Shown here in pieces: positions 9,977 through 17,981 of a stretch of DNA of 64,000 nt. Position 1 is the stretch's first letter. The number at the start of each line of letters is the position of its first letter. The notes beneath the pieces were generated by a model that was given only the letters and a program-made list of their open reading frames with translations, ran no database searches and was not told where the DNA came from. A program made the translations under genes and the position numbers. Where the stretch lies: the NCBI GenBank assembly GCA_003551495.1, contig PUMT01000262.1, positions 4,293 to 68,292 on the forward strand, given 5' to 3'. The DNA comes from Bacteroidota bacterium (GTDB lineage: Bacteria; Bacteroidota; Bacteroidia; Bacteroidales; PUMT01).

Positions 9977-10927
9977 TCACGATTCTCCTATCAGTCCCCT
10001 GCCACTTTTAAGAATCCTGTTTTCATCCTTAAGCATTTTGATAATCTTGTCGAGAACACCGTTAATAAAATTGCTGCTTTTTTTGGTGCTGAAAAATTTT
10101 GAAATCTCTATATACTCGTTAAAAGAAACACGGGTAGGGATATTCTCAAACTCAATAATTTCAGAAATAGCCTGCTGCATCAGGAGTATATCCATATATG
10201 CAATCCTGTCGACATCCCAGTTGCTTGTATATCTCTCAATTATCTCCCTGTATTCCTTGTTATTTGCAATAACGTGCCTGAAAAGCCTTTTTGCGAAATC
10301 CCTGTCATCTTCATCTTTGTAGAGGGCCAGAAGTTTCGTTTCGTTCATAGTATCTTCCATAATCTTTTTCAGGGTACGCTCCACCTGCCTTACTACAAAA
10401 TCAAGCTCATTGTTCCAGAAAATAGACCTCTCCTCAAGCAATGAATCCAGCATGTCGCAGTTCAGTACAACACGGTAGAGGATGCTGTTCACAAACTTTA
10501 AGTCCTCCTTAACGGTTGTTTCATCTTTATTCATGTACTCTTCATAAAAATCAGAAGAGATTATCTGCCTGTAAAGATTCCTGGTCAGCTCGGGGTAAAC
10601 AGACCAGTTTATTTTATATTCATTAATGTAAGTCTTTAGTGAGGGGTTTTCGGAAAGCTTCCTTAAAACAGGATTATCGATAAACCTGGTGTTCGGATTA
10701 ATGTCCTCAGGGGCTGGTGACAGCTTGTTCCTGCCCAGATCGATACGGTGGGCGGCATATCTTACAATTTCATTCAGCAGTGCAAAAATGGAAATATAAA
10801 GCTCATGGGTTTTTTGTATGCTGAAAAAGAGATCTTTCTCCATTTTGCCTGAAGCGGCATCATCACTTTTAAAATACGCGTATAATATCTGTAAAATCTT
10901 TATTCTTAAGAGCCTTCTGCTTACCAT
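9977..10927 (-). CDS. nusB: Transcription antitermination factor NusB (long Bacteroidota form)
   Basis: N-terminal RRLLRIKILQILYAY and C-terminal NusB fold motifs (NWDVDRIA..D..LMQQAISE). Sits next to yajC. Confidence 0.8.
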   Translation of the reverse strand: MVSRRLLRIKILQILYAYFKSDDAASGKMEKDLFFSIQKTHELYISIFALLNEIVRYAAHRIDLGRNKLSPAPEDINPNTRFIDNPVLRKLSENPSLKTYINEYKINWSVYPELTRNLYRQIISSDFYEEYMNKDETTVKEDLKFVNSILYRVVLNCDMLDSLLEERSIFWNNELDFVVRQVERTLKKIMEDTMNETKLLALYKDEDDRDFAKRLFRHVIANNKEYREIIERYTSNWDVDRIAYMDILLMQQAISEIIEFENIPTRVSFNEYIEISKFFSTKKSSNFINGVLDKIIKMLKDENRILKSGRGLIGES

Positions 10928-10964
10928 ATTTTTAAAAGAACCTCGTTATTAATTTAAGAACTGC

Positions 10965-11320
10965 AAATATACATTAAATTTTTTCTGCGTAAAATCTCAC
11001 ATAGACGCATGAAAAAATTTTATGGATATTCCTGCTGTAAGCCTGAATTTTGTAGCCTTCTTAAACAAAATTCAGGCTTTTTACATGAGAAATGTACATG
11101 AATTTTTTTTATCCGAAAATAGACACATACGGATAAAAAAAATTTATGGGAAAGCGAAGCGGTTCCTCCTGTCAGTCAAGATTTTGTAATTTCTTTACGA
11201 AATTTTGACTTTTTTTACAGGAGAAATATACATTAATTTTCCATCTGAAAAAGCGTGCAAAAAGCTTGTCGGGATACATGGAAAATCGACGAAGTCAAAT
11301 TTTTTCTGCGTAAAATCTCA
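10965..11320 (+). repeat. Tandem array (about 2.7 copies, period 125-134 bp) of a two-hairpin module
   Basis: Unit starts (AAATRTACAT) are at 10965, 11090 and 11224. Hairpin H1 has arms 10986-10990/11005-11009 (TGCGT/ACGCA) in one copy and 11111-11115/11130-11134 (ATCCG/CGGAT) in the other, with a near-identical 14-nt loop. Hairpin H2 has arms 11041-11052/11066-11077 in one copy and 11175-11186/11198-11209 in the other, and each copy is followed by a T-run. A perfect 24-nt direct repeat AAATTTTTTCTGCGTAAAATCTCA occurs at 10976-10999 and 11297-11320. Confidence 0.8.
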
Positions 11321-11437
11321 GGAGGGTTGACATTATTTATTAAAAATATTTACTTTGTTAAAAAAAGTTCTGAAAAAGTGTTGAATATATTTTTGTTATT
11401 TTTGAAATGATTTTAAACCCAAAAACAAATCAGGAAG

Positions 11438-11818
11438 ATGGAAGAGAATGAAAAAAAAGCCGGAGGAGAGAATAACAACAACGGAAGACAGGAAATTTTC
11501 TCACAAACGATCAGGGCAGGAAAGAGAACTTACTTTTTTGATGTAAAGTCAACCAGGAACAACGATTATTATCTGACTATTACCGAAAGTAAAAAAAGAT
11601 TCAACAGGGAAGGGAAGCAGTTTTTTGAAAAGCACAAGATCTTCCTCTACAAGGAAGACTTTGAAAAGTTCAATAACGGGTTCACAGAGGTTGTATCATT
11701 TATCAATAATGCACAGCCGCTCGAAAACAAAAGCGAAGAGGGCAAAGACGGTGAAAACCTGAATGACGGATTTACCGATGTGAACTTTGACGACCTCGAA
11801 AAAAAAGGTGATCAATAA
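11438..11818 (+). CDS. PUR-alpha-like nucleic-acid-binding protein (DUF3276 family)
   Basis: 126 aa. The core is AGKRTYFFDVKSTRNNDYYLTITESKKR...HKIFLYKEDFEKF, the PUR-repeat-like pattern I recall for DUF3276. Confidence 0.6.
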   Translation: MEENEKKAGGENNNNGRQEIFSQTIRAGKRTYFFDVKSTRNNDYYLTITESKKRFNREGKQFFEKHKIFLYKEDFEKFNNGFTEVVSFINNAQPLENKSEEGKDGENLNDGFTDVNFDDLEKKGDQ

Positions 11819-11826
11819 TTTATAGC

Positions 11827-11859
11827 GAGGCTGCCCATTCATGGCAGCCTCTTATTCTT
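11827..11859. terminator. Intrinsic terminator hairpin between convergent genes
   Basis: GAGGCTGCC (11827-11835), 7-nt loop, GGCAGCCTC (11843-11851), then TTATTCTT. Confidence 0.65.
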
Positions 11860-11877
11860 ATAACCATAGCGCAGACG

Positions 11878-12618
11878 CTATTCGTCGTCTGTTTTGTTTT
11901 TTTTGTCTTTTTCGATAAATTCCGTTATTTCCTTGTCAGTCAGTTTTCTTACGTTGGTGATAATGAAGTTGGGATCAATAAAATCACCTAACTGGTTAAT
12001 CTCATTAATGGTATTTCTGAGCATTTCCCTAACAGGCACTTCAAGCGGGATCACTGCCAAAATTTTGCAGTATCTGCCTGAAAAAACAATATCTTCGATC
12101 TCCGCTTCATGTTTGCTGAATACAAAATCGAATTCACTCCTGATCACCTTTCTCTGCAACCCGGTGAATGAATCCTCAATGTTGTTTACAAGCACTAAAA
12201 AATATCTGAGCTTCAACCCCCTGCCACCAAGTCCGGTTGATATGAACACCTGATTATCCCCGAGAAGCTTACTCTGCAGCAGCATCCGGCACTCCTGGCT
12301 TGCCAGTACTGCCCAGTCCCTTAAACCTGAATCAGGGTTTTTCAGATACTTTTCGATCGCCCTGTAACCTTCAACTTCCTGCGTAGATGCAAGTTTAACA
12401 AGAAGTGCCTTTTTGTCTTCCGCTGGATAATTATCGTCAAACAGCCTTTTTTTTTCAGATAGTATTGATTTAAAAGGGATATCTTTTTTTACCGTCCTTG
12501 AATATTCGAAATATTCAAGCTGAAGATCTATATCGATCTGTTCCTCTAGTATATTAACATCGGAAATCCTGCCAAGAAAATCCTGAATCGACCGGTATAT
12601 ATTTTCATCATTGCTCAT
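11878..12618 (-). CDS. Hypothetical cytoplasmic protein, no recognisable domain
   Basis: 246-aa uninterrupted ORF with ordinary composition. No signal peptide, no TM helix and no motif I can name. Confidence 0.5.
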   Translation of the reverse strand: MSNDENIYRSIQDFLGRISDVNILEEQIDIDLQLEYFEYSRTVKKDIPFKSILSEKKRLFDDNYPAEDKKALLVKLASTQEVEGYRAIEKYLKNPDSGLRDWAVLASQECRMLLQSKLLGDNQVFISTGLGGRGLKLRYFLVLVNNIEDSFTGLQRKVIRSEFDFVFSKHEAEIEDIVFSGRYCKILAVIPLEVPVREMLRNTINEINQLGDFIDPNFIITNVRKLTDKEITEFIEKDKKNKTDDE

Positions 12619-12779
12619 TGAATATTCTCTTTATCTCATACAAACGCAAAAAAAAGACAAACATTTTGAAGTGGCATAATAATTAAGTGTTAAAAATACC
12701 CACTTTTAGGTATTGGCAGGTATCCGGATTAGGCCTATGTTTGCATTTATTCAGGTTGGCGCAAATAATTTTCTGGAAT

Positions 12780-15278
12780 ATGACTTTGGACGAACTGTCA
12801 AACAACGAGATAGGAGTAATAACAAAAATAAAAGGACGCGGTGCATTCAGGAAAAGAATCACCGAAATGGGGTTTATTAAAGGTAAAACCGTAAAAGTTA
12901 TAAAAAAAGCCCCTCTCAGGGACCCTGTTGAATACAGCATAATGGGATATGAAGTTTCTTTGAGGAGGAGCGAAGCTGCACTGATTGAAGTTATAACACC
13001 GGAAGAGGCAAAAGAGGAAAACGGCAACAGTTTCAGCGGGGTGCTTACCGAGGAGTTTCTCAGGAAAAAAGCCGAAAAAAAGGGCAGGGTAATAAATGTT
13101 GCAATGGTAGGCAATCCCAACTCCGGAAAGACCACGCTTTTCAATACCGCCACAAAATCAAGGGAGAGGGTGGGTAATTACGGTGGAGTTACAATCGAGT
13201 CCAAGCAGGGAGTAATGAAAATGGATGGGTATTCTTTCAACATATACGACCTGCCGGGTACTTACTCACTTTCCCATTATTCACCTGAAGAACTTTTCGT
13301 CAGAGAGCACATTAACAACAATAAGCCTGATGTGGTCATTAACGTTGTAGATGCATCTAACCTGGAGCGCAACCTTTACCTCACTACCCAGCTCATAGAC
13401 ATGGATATCAAAGTTGTGGTTGCTCTCAATATGTACGATGAAATGCTGCAAAACGGCGACCAGTTTGACCACATTGCCCTGGGGAAAATGCTGGGCTTCC
13501 CTTTCGTTCCGACAATTGCAAAGAAAAGTATAGGGGTAAGGGATCTGTTCCGGAAAGTTATTGATACCTATGAAGACAGGGAAGAGGATGTTCGCCATAT
13601 TCATATAAACTACGGACCTGAAATTGAAACCTCGCTTAAAAGGATCACTGAAAAGATAAAAATAAAAGAAAACTATCATCTGACCGACAATGTCTCTTCC
13701 CGCTTTCTTGCCATTAAGCTTCTTGAAAAGGATGAAAACGCGAGGGAAACGATACTGCCCCTTGCAAATTCCGGAGAGATTTATGGTGCCGTAGAAAAGG
13801 AGATTACAAGACTTGAAACCCTATTAAAAGACGACAGCGAGACACTTATCACCGATTCGAGATACGGCTTCATTTCCGGAGCCCTGAGGGAAACATTCAA
13901 AAGCGGACAGCAGGCTAAGCGCAAAAAAACTGAGCTGATAGATGCCTTTGTAACTCACGAGATTTACGGCTTCCCCATATTTATTTTCTTTATGTGGTTT
14001 ATGTTCCAGGCTACATTTACTCTTGGCGAATACCCCATGAACTGGATAGAGGATCTGGTGGGGTTTACCGGCGGACTTATTCAGGATCACATGTATGAAG
14101 GTCCCCTGAAAGACCTTCTGATCAACGGAATTATTGGCGGTGTAGGGGGAGTTATAGTGTTCCTTCCCAATATACTGATACTTTTTTTCTTCATATCGCT
14201 TATGGAAGACACCGGCTACATGGCACGTGCGGCATTTATAATGGATAAGATCATGCACAAGATAGGGCTGCACGGAAAATCTTTCATTCCCATGATTATG
14301 GGTTTTGGCTGCAATGTTCCTGCAATAATGGCTACAAGGACAATAGAAAACCGTAAAAACCGCCTTGTTACAATGCTTATTAACCCTTTCATGTCGTGTA
14401 GCGCCAGACTGCCGGTTTATATTCTGATCATAGGGGCATTTTTTCCCAATAATCCGGGTACTGTGCTGTTCAGCCTCTATTTACTGGGTATCCTGGTTGC
14501 AGTACTTGTGGCACTGGCTGCCAAAAAGTTCTTCTTTCGATCTGAAGATGTTCCGTTTGTTATGGAACTGCCACCCTACCGTGTCCCGATTCTTAAAACA
14601 ACTGCAAGGCACATGTGGCACAAAGGCTCACAGTACCTTAAGAAAATGGGAGGGATTATTCTGATTGGTTCTGTAATAATATGGGCACTTGGTCACTATC
14701 CAACAGAACGGACTACTGAAACCGACTACAATGCCATGATACTGGAGATAAAAGACAATACCGAAGAAAAGATCTCTGAAGGCATACAGGAAAGGGGTAA
14801 GGCAATTTCCGAAATGGAAGAAAAAATTGCAGAAATTGAAACGGAAAGGCAAAACGAAAAGCATGCAGGATCATATATCGGTCAGATAGGCCGTTTTATC
14901 GAACCTGCAATCAAGCCCCTGGGTTTCGACTGGAAAATGGGTGTGAGCCTGATATCCGGACTTGCAGCCAAAGAGATAGTTGTCAGCACAATGGGAGTCC
15001 TCTACCAGGTCAACCCGGAGTCCTCACTTCCGACAGAAACACTGGGAGAAACATTAAGGGTTCAGACCTGGAATGACGGATCGCCTGTATTCACACCTGC
15101 CGTAGCTTATGCTTTCCTGGTATTCATTCTGCTTTATTTCCCGTGCATAGCAGTTATTGCTACCATTAAACACGAATCGGGAAGCTGGAAATGGGGAGTT
15201 TTTACAATTTTCTATACAACCGGACTGGCATGGATAATGGCATTCATTGTCCACAGGGTGGGGAGCCTAATTGTCTGA
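12780..15278 (+). CDS. feoB: Ferrous iron transporter, FeoA-FeoB fusion
   Basis: An N-terminal FeoA SH3-like domain (GVITKIKGRGAFRKRITEMGFIKG) is followed by the G domain GNPNSGKTTLFN and DLPGTYSL, then the polytopic gate-motif membrane region. The ORF opens at 12687, but the Met at 12780 starts the FeoA domain. Confidence 0.9.
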   Translation: MTLDELSNNEIGVITKIKGRGAFRKRITEMGFIKGKTVKVIKKAPLRDPVEYSIMGYEVSLRRSEAALIEVITPEEAKEENGNSFSGVLTEEFLRKKAEKKGRVINVAMVGNPNSGKTTLFNTATKSRERVGNYGGVTIESKQGVMKMDGYSFNIYDLPGTYSLSHYSPEELFVREHINNNKPDVVINVVDASNLERNLYLTTQLIDMDIKVVVALNMYDEMLQNGDQFDHIALGKMLGFPFVPTIAKKSIGVRDLFRKVIDTYEDREEDVRHIHINYGPEIETSLKRITEKIKIKENYHLTDNVSSRFLAIKLLEKDENARETILPLANSGEIYGAVEKEITRLETLLKDDSETLITDSRYGFISGALRETFKSGQQAKRKKTELIDAFVTHEIYGFPIFIFFMWFMFQATFTLGEYPMNWIEDLVGFTGGLIQDHMYEGPLKDLLINGIIGGVGGVIVFLPNILILFFFISLMEDTGYMARAAFIMDKIMHKIGLHGKSFIPMIMGFGCNVPAIMATRTIENRKNRLVTMLINPFMSCSARLPVYILIIGAFFPNNPGTVLFSLYLLGILVAVLVALAAKKFFFRSEDVPFVMELPPYRVPILKTTARHMWHKGSQYLKKMGGIILIGSVIIWALGHYPTERTTETDYNAMILEIKDNTEEKISEGIQERGKAISEMEEKIAEIETERQNEKHAGSYIGQIGRFIEPAIKPLGFDWKMGVSLISGLAAKEIVVSTMGVLYQVNPESSLPTETLGETLRVQTWNDGSPVFTPAVAYAFLVFILLYFPCIAVIATIKHESGSWKWGVFTIFYTTGLAWIMAFIVHRVGSLIV

Positions 15279-15297
15279 TGAGCAAATTTGAAAAAAA

Positions 15298-15471
15298 ATG
15301 CAGGAAACAATTACACATATAATAGTTTTATCCGCTGCAGGATACACAGTATGGCAGGCGGTAAAACTGTTCCTGCCTGACAGGAGGAAAAAACGCGGAT
15401 ATAGTATTTGCGGTTCATGTGAAGGCTGCTCCCTTAACGGCGCAACCACAAAAGGTTCCGGAAAAACATAA
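15298..15471 (+). CDS. FeoB-associated Cys-rich membrane peptide (57 aa, below the ORF-track cutoff)
   Basis: Hand translation gives MQETITHIIVLSAAGYTVWQAVKLFLPDRRKKRGYSICGSCEGCSLNGATTKGSGKT*. It has one hydrophobic helix, a basic patch and a CxxCxxC cluster. It starts 20 nt after the feoB stop. Confidence 0.6.
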   Translation: MQETITHIIVLSAAGYTVWQAVKLFLPDRRKKRGYSICGSCEGCSLNGATTKGSGKT

Positions 15472-15500
15472 AAATGACCTTTTATTGATATATTGCAGTC

Positions 15501-15977
15501 ATGGACACGGTACTACTAATCATAGCAGCAATACTCATTCTGAGCGGAATAGCCGGATGTATCCTCCCCGTTATTCCGGGGCCGCCACTGAGCTTTTTCG
15601 GAATATGGCTCCTCCATTTTACAAAATACGCTTCATTTGAAACCCGTCTGCTTCTGATCCTGGCATTTATTGCAACTATTGCAACCATACTTGACTATGC
15701 TGCACCCGTTTGGACTACCAGGCGGTTTGGGGGGTCCAAAAAAGGGATATGGGGAGCTGCAATTGGAATGGTGGCGGGTTTGATTCTTTTCCCTCCGTTC
15801 GGGATAATTATTGGACCATTTGCAGGCGCAATTGCAGGTGAACTGTTTTCTGGTGCGGAAATCCAAAAAGCACTGAAAGCCGGCCTGGGGTCGTTTGCAG
15901 GATTCTTTCTGGGCATGGGACTAAAACTGGCCGCATCACTTGCCATCACCTACTATTTTGTACGTGCAGTATTCTGA
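15501..15977 (+). CDS. DUF456 family integral membrane protein
   Basis: 158 aa with four predicted TM helices. The ILPVIPGPPLSF motif is typical of DUF456. Confidence 0.65.
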   Translation: MDTVLLIIAAILILSGIAGCILPVIPGPPLSFFGIWLLHFTKYASFETRLLLILAFIATIATILDYAAPVWTTRRFGGSKKGIWGAAIGMVAGLILFPPFGIIIGPFAGAIAGELFSGAEIQKALKAGLGSFAGFFLGMGLKLAASLAITYYFVRAVF

Positions 15978-15994
15978 AATACCCATCCCTGATA

Positions 15995-17392
15995 TTAAAA
16001 AAACAACAATGTAGCCACACCGAAATATATCAACAGTCCGGTTACATCAACCACAGTAGTAATGGCCGGACTGGCAGCCACAGCCGGGTCTCCCCCGAAT
16101 CTTTTTACTATCAGCGGCAGGCTTGCGCCTATAAGTGTTGCTGAAATAACCTGGAGACTCAACGCAAACGATATGCCCAGACCTATGTAGGCAAGTGTAA
16201 GTTCACCCGGCAGTTCAACATTCCAGGAGAGGAAAAGAACCTTGCCAAAAGTTATTGCTCCAATAACCAGTGAAAGCAAAATGCTGACCCGGAACTCCTT
16301 GAAAATAATGTGTGCCCACTGCCTTACCTTGAGCTGGCCAAGTGCCATTGCACGTATTACAACAGTTGCAGCCTGACTTCCGGTATTTCCCCCGGTGTCC
16401 GCAACCATGGGCATATAAAGTGCAAGTACTACCAGTGTGGAAATAGTCTCTTCAAAACTATGAATAACCATCCCTGTCAGCAGTCCAAGCACAGAAAGGG
16501 ATGCAAGCCATACAACCCTTTTCCTGAAATGCTGAACGGGTGTTGTTTCAGCATAATTGAGTTCTTCAGGGTCGGGTACAATACCCATGAACTTTTCCAG
16601 GTCTTCCGTGTGCTCAGCCCTGATCACATCGATGGCTTCGTCATGCCTTACAATACCAGCAAGCTGCTTGAGGGAATTGAGTACAGGTATGGCAACCATA
16701 TCATATTTTTCTATTTTGATTGCAACACTCTCCCGGTCTTCATAAACATCGGCATAAACAAAATCCTCATGCAGAATATCTTTCACAAGAGTGGAAGGCT
16801 CCGCCATTATAAGGTCTTTCAGGGTGACAAAACCCTTCATTTTCATCTGTTCATCCACTACATAAACATAATAGATCATTTTCTTGGAGGGTGCATCTTT
16901 CCTGATCTTCTCAAGTGCCTGGGTTACCGTCATTCCTGCCAGGATTGTGGCAAAATCGGTAACCATTATACTTCCTGCTGTTTCTGGGGGATAAGAGCTA
17001 AGATGTATTACATCTTCACGTGTCTTCTTGTCAAGGTAAGGCAAAAGCTCAAGCTGCTTATCTTTTCCAAGTTCCTGGTACAGGTCAGCCCTCACATCAG
17101 ATGACATATTGGTTGCAATCATGGCATAAAACTTCCGGTCAACCAACTCGAAAAGCCTGACCAGCAAGTCCATGTCCATATTAGATGCAATGTACCCCAG
17201 ATCTTCAGCCTCAAAAACCGGAAGTACGGCAAGCAACTGCTCCTCGTTAAGTTCATCAAGTATGTCAGCTACTTCAACTGCCTGCATCTTCCTGAGAATA
17301 GCAGACAATGCCTCCAACTCGTTTGCCTCTATCAGACCCCTGATTATTGACAGTTTTTGTTCCTGCTGATCTTTTACTTCAATATTTTCCAT
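15995..17392 (-). CDS. mgtE: Magnesium transporter MgtE
   Basis: N-domain, tandem CBS region and a C-terminal TM domain with the PMVADTGGNTGSQ motif. Preceded by an M-box. Confidence 0.9.
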   Translation of the reverse strand: MENIEVKDQQEQKLSIIRGLIEANELEALSAILRKMQAVEVADILDELNEEQLLAVLPVFEAEDLGYIASNMDMDLLVRLFELVDRKFYAMIATNMSSDVRADLYQELGKDKQLELLPYLDKKTREDVIHLSSYPPETAGSIMVTDFATILAGMTVTQALEKIRKDAPSKKMIYYVYVVDEQMKMKGFVTLKDLIMAEPSTLVKDILHEDFVYADVYEDRESVAIKIEKYDMVAIPVLNSLKQLAGIVRHDEAIDVIRAEHTEDLEKFMGIVPDPEELNYAETTPVQHFRKRVVWLASLSVLGLLTGMVIHSFEETISTLVVLALYMPMVADTGGNTGSQAATVVIRAMALGQLKVRQWAHIIFKEFRVSILLSLVIGAITFGKVLFLSWNVELPGELTLAYIGLGISFALSLQVISATLIGASLPLIVKRFGGDPAVAASPAITTVVDVTGLLIYFGVATLLFF

Positions 17393-17460
17393 AGCAAATC
17401 CCTCCTGTAAGATTTTTAAATCATAGGTTATGAGCGCCTGCTATATATTTAAGGATATAT

Positions 17461-17490
17461 AAAATGGGAAAACCCCTCCTTATGAAGGGG
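17461..17490 (-). terminator. Intrinsic terminator of the M-box expression platform
   Basis: The minus-strand RNA reads CCCCUUC-AUAA-GGAGGGG (17490 down to 17473), then UUUUCCCAUUUU. Its 5' arm overlaps an alternative perfect 9-bp pairing between 17538-17546 and 17485-17493 (antiterminator). Confidence 0.6.
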
Positions 17491-17547
17491 CATACTGTTT
17501 CCGCACAATGAAGATATCTTTACCGCATTACAGAAAAATGCCCCTTG

Positions 17548-17703
17548 TTGAGTTTTAGCTCTGAATGACTTATCCTGCTGAATGCAGGAAGCTGCCTTAT
17601 GCTAAGCCTTAATCCGGCCAAGCCTGTTCTACCCATTGGCGTCTGTAGACATTTTTGGGCAGCAGCCTGTGTTCATTCAGTAGCCTCACCTAACAGGCCT
17701 CAA
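17548..17703 (-). promoter_or_regulatory. M-box (ykoK-type) Mg2+ riboswitch aptamer upstream of mgtE
   Basis: The minus strand reads TTGAGGCCTGTTAGGTGAGGCTACTGAATGAACACAGGCTGCTGCCCAAAAATGTCTACAGACGCCAATGGGTAGAACAG...GAGCTAAAACTCAA. This matches, from memory, the conserved core of the B. subtilis mgtE M-box (GTTAGGTGAGGCT, GCTGCTGCCCAAAAATGTC, AGACGC.AATGGGT, GCTAAAGCTC). The closing helix is TTGAG/CTCAA. Confidence 0.8.
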
Positions 17704-17711
17704 TACGGTCG

Positions 17712-17743
17712 CGAAGTTAATAAAATTAAAGCTCAATTGCAAA
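17712..17743 (-). promoter_or_regulatory. Candidate Bacteroidota-type promoter for the M-box/mgtE transcript
   Basis: The minus strand has TTTG (17743-17740), a 20-nt spacer, then TAACTTCG (17719-17712). The consensus is TTTG-N19-21-TAnnTTTG, so there is one mismatch. This would place the transcription start just upstream of helix P1. Confidence 0.3.
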
Positions 17744-17764
17744 CAACAGGACAAAAAACCCTTC

Positions 17765-17926
17765 TTAATCCAGCGGCCTGAATTTTTTTTGTTTGGCACC
17801 ACAAACCGGGCAAGTCCAGTTGTCAGGCAAATCGTTGAATTGTGTGCCGGCATTTACACCGGCCTCAGGATCACCTTTTTGGGGGTCATAAACATGACCG
17901 CATACTTTGCATTTATATTTTTGCAT
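17765..17926 (-). CDS. Rubredoxin (53 aa, below the ORF-track cutoff)
   Basis: Hand translation gives MQKYKCKVCGHVYDPQKGDPEAGVNAGTQFNDLPDNWTCPVCGAKQKKFRPLD*. It has two CxxCG knuckles and the conserved Y.P..GD and W.CP.CG elements. Confidence 0.85.
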   Translation of the reverse strand: MQKYKCKVCGHVYDPQKGDPEAGVNAGTQFNDLPDNWTCPVCGAKQKKFRPLD

Positions 17927-17981
17927 ATACCAAATTTATGAGTTTATTATTCACGTCTTTATCCATTACGCAATACTCATC

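Noticed and set aside
11009-11230. Small Cys-containing ORFs inside the tandem repeat (for example MKKFYGYSCCKPEFCSLLKQNSGFLHEKCT and MGKRSGSSCQSRFCNFFTKF), which share an SC...FC pattern.
   Set aside because: The similarity follows from the nucleotide repeat. The shared residues are encoded by the hairpin arms, whose substitutions are pair-compensatory rather than codon-conservative. The lengths and stops differ, and the third unit has no equivalent. A structured-nucleic-acid explanation is more parsimonious, although translation was not excluded.
10976-11320. Possible CRISPR-like array, suggested by the perfect 24-nt direct repeat.
   Set aside because: There are only two copies, 321 bp apart. 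There is no regular repeat-spacer periodicity and no cas genes in the window.
12619-12779. Fur box upstream of feoAB.
   Set aside because: I found only weak AT-rich matches such as GCAAATAATTTTC, with no 19-bp palindrome resembling GATAATGATAATCATTATC. It cannot be supported by eye.
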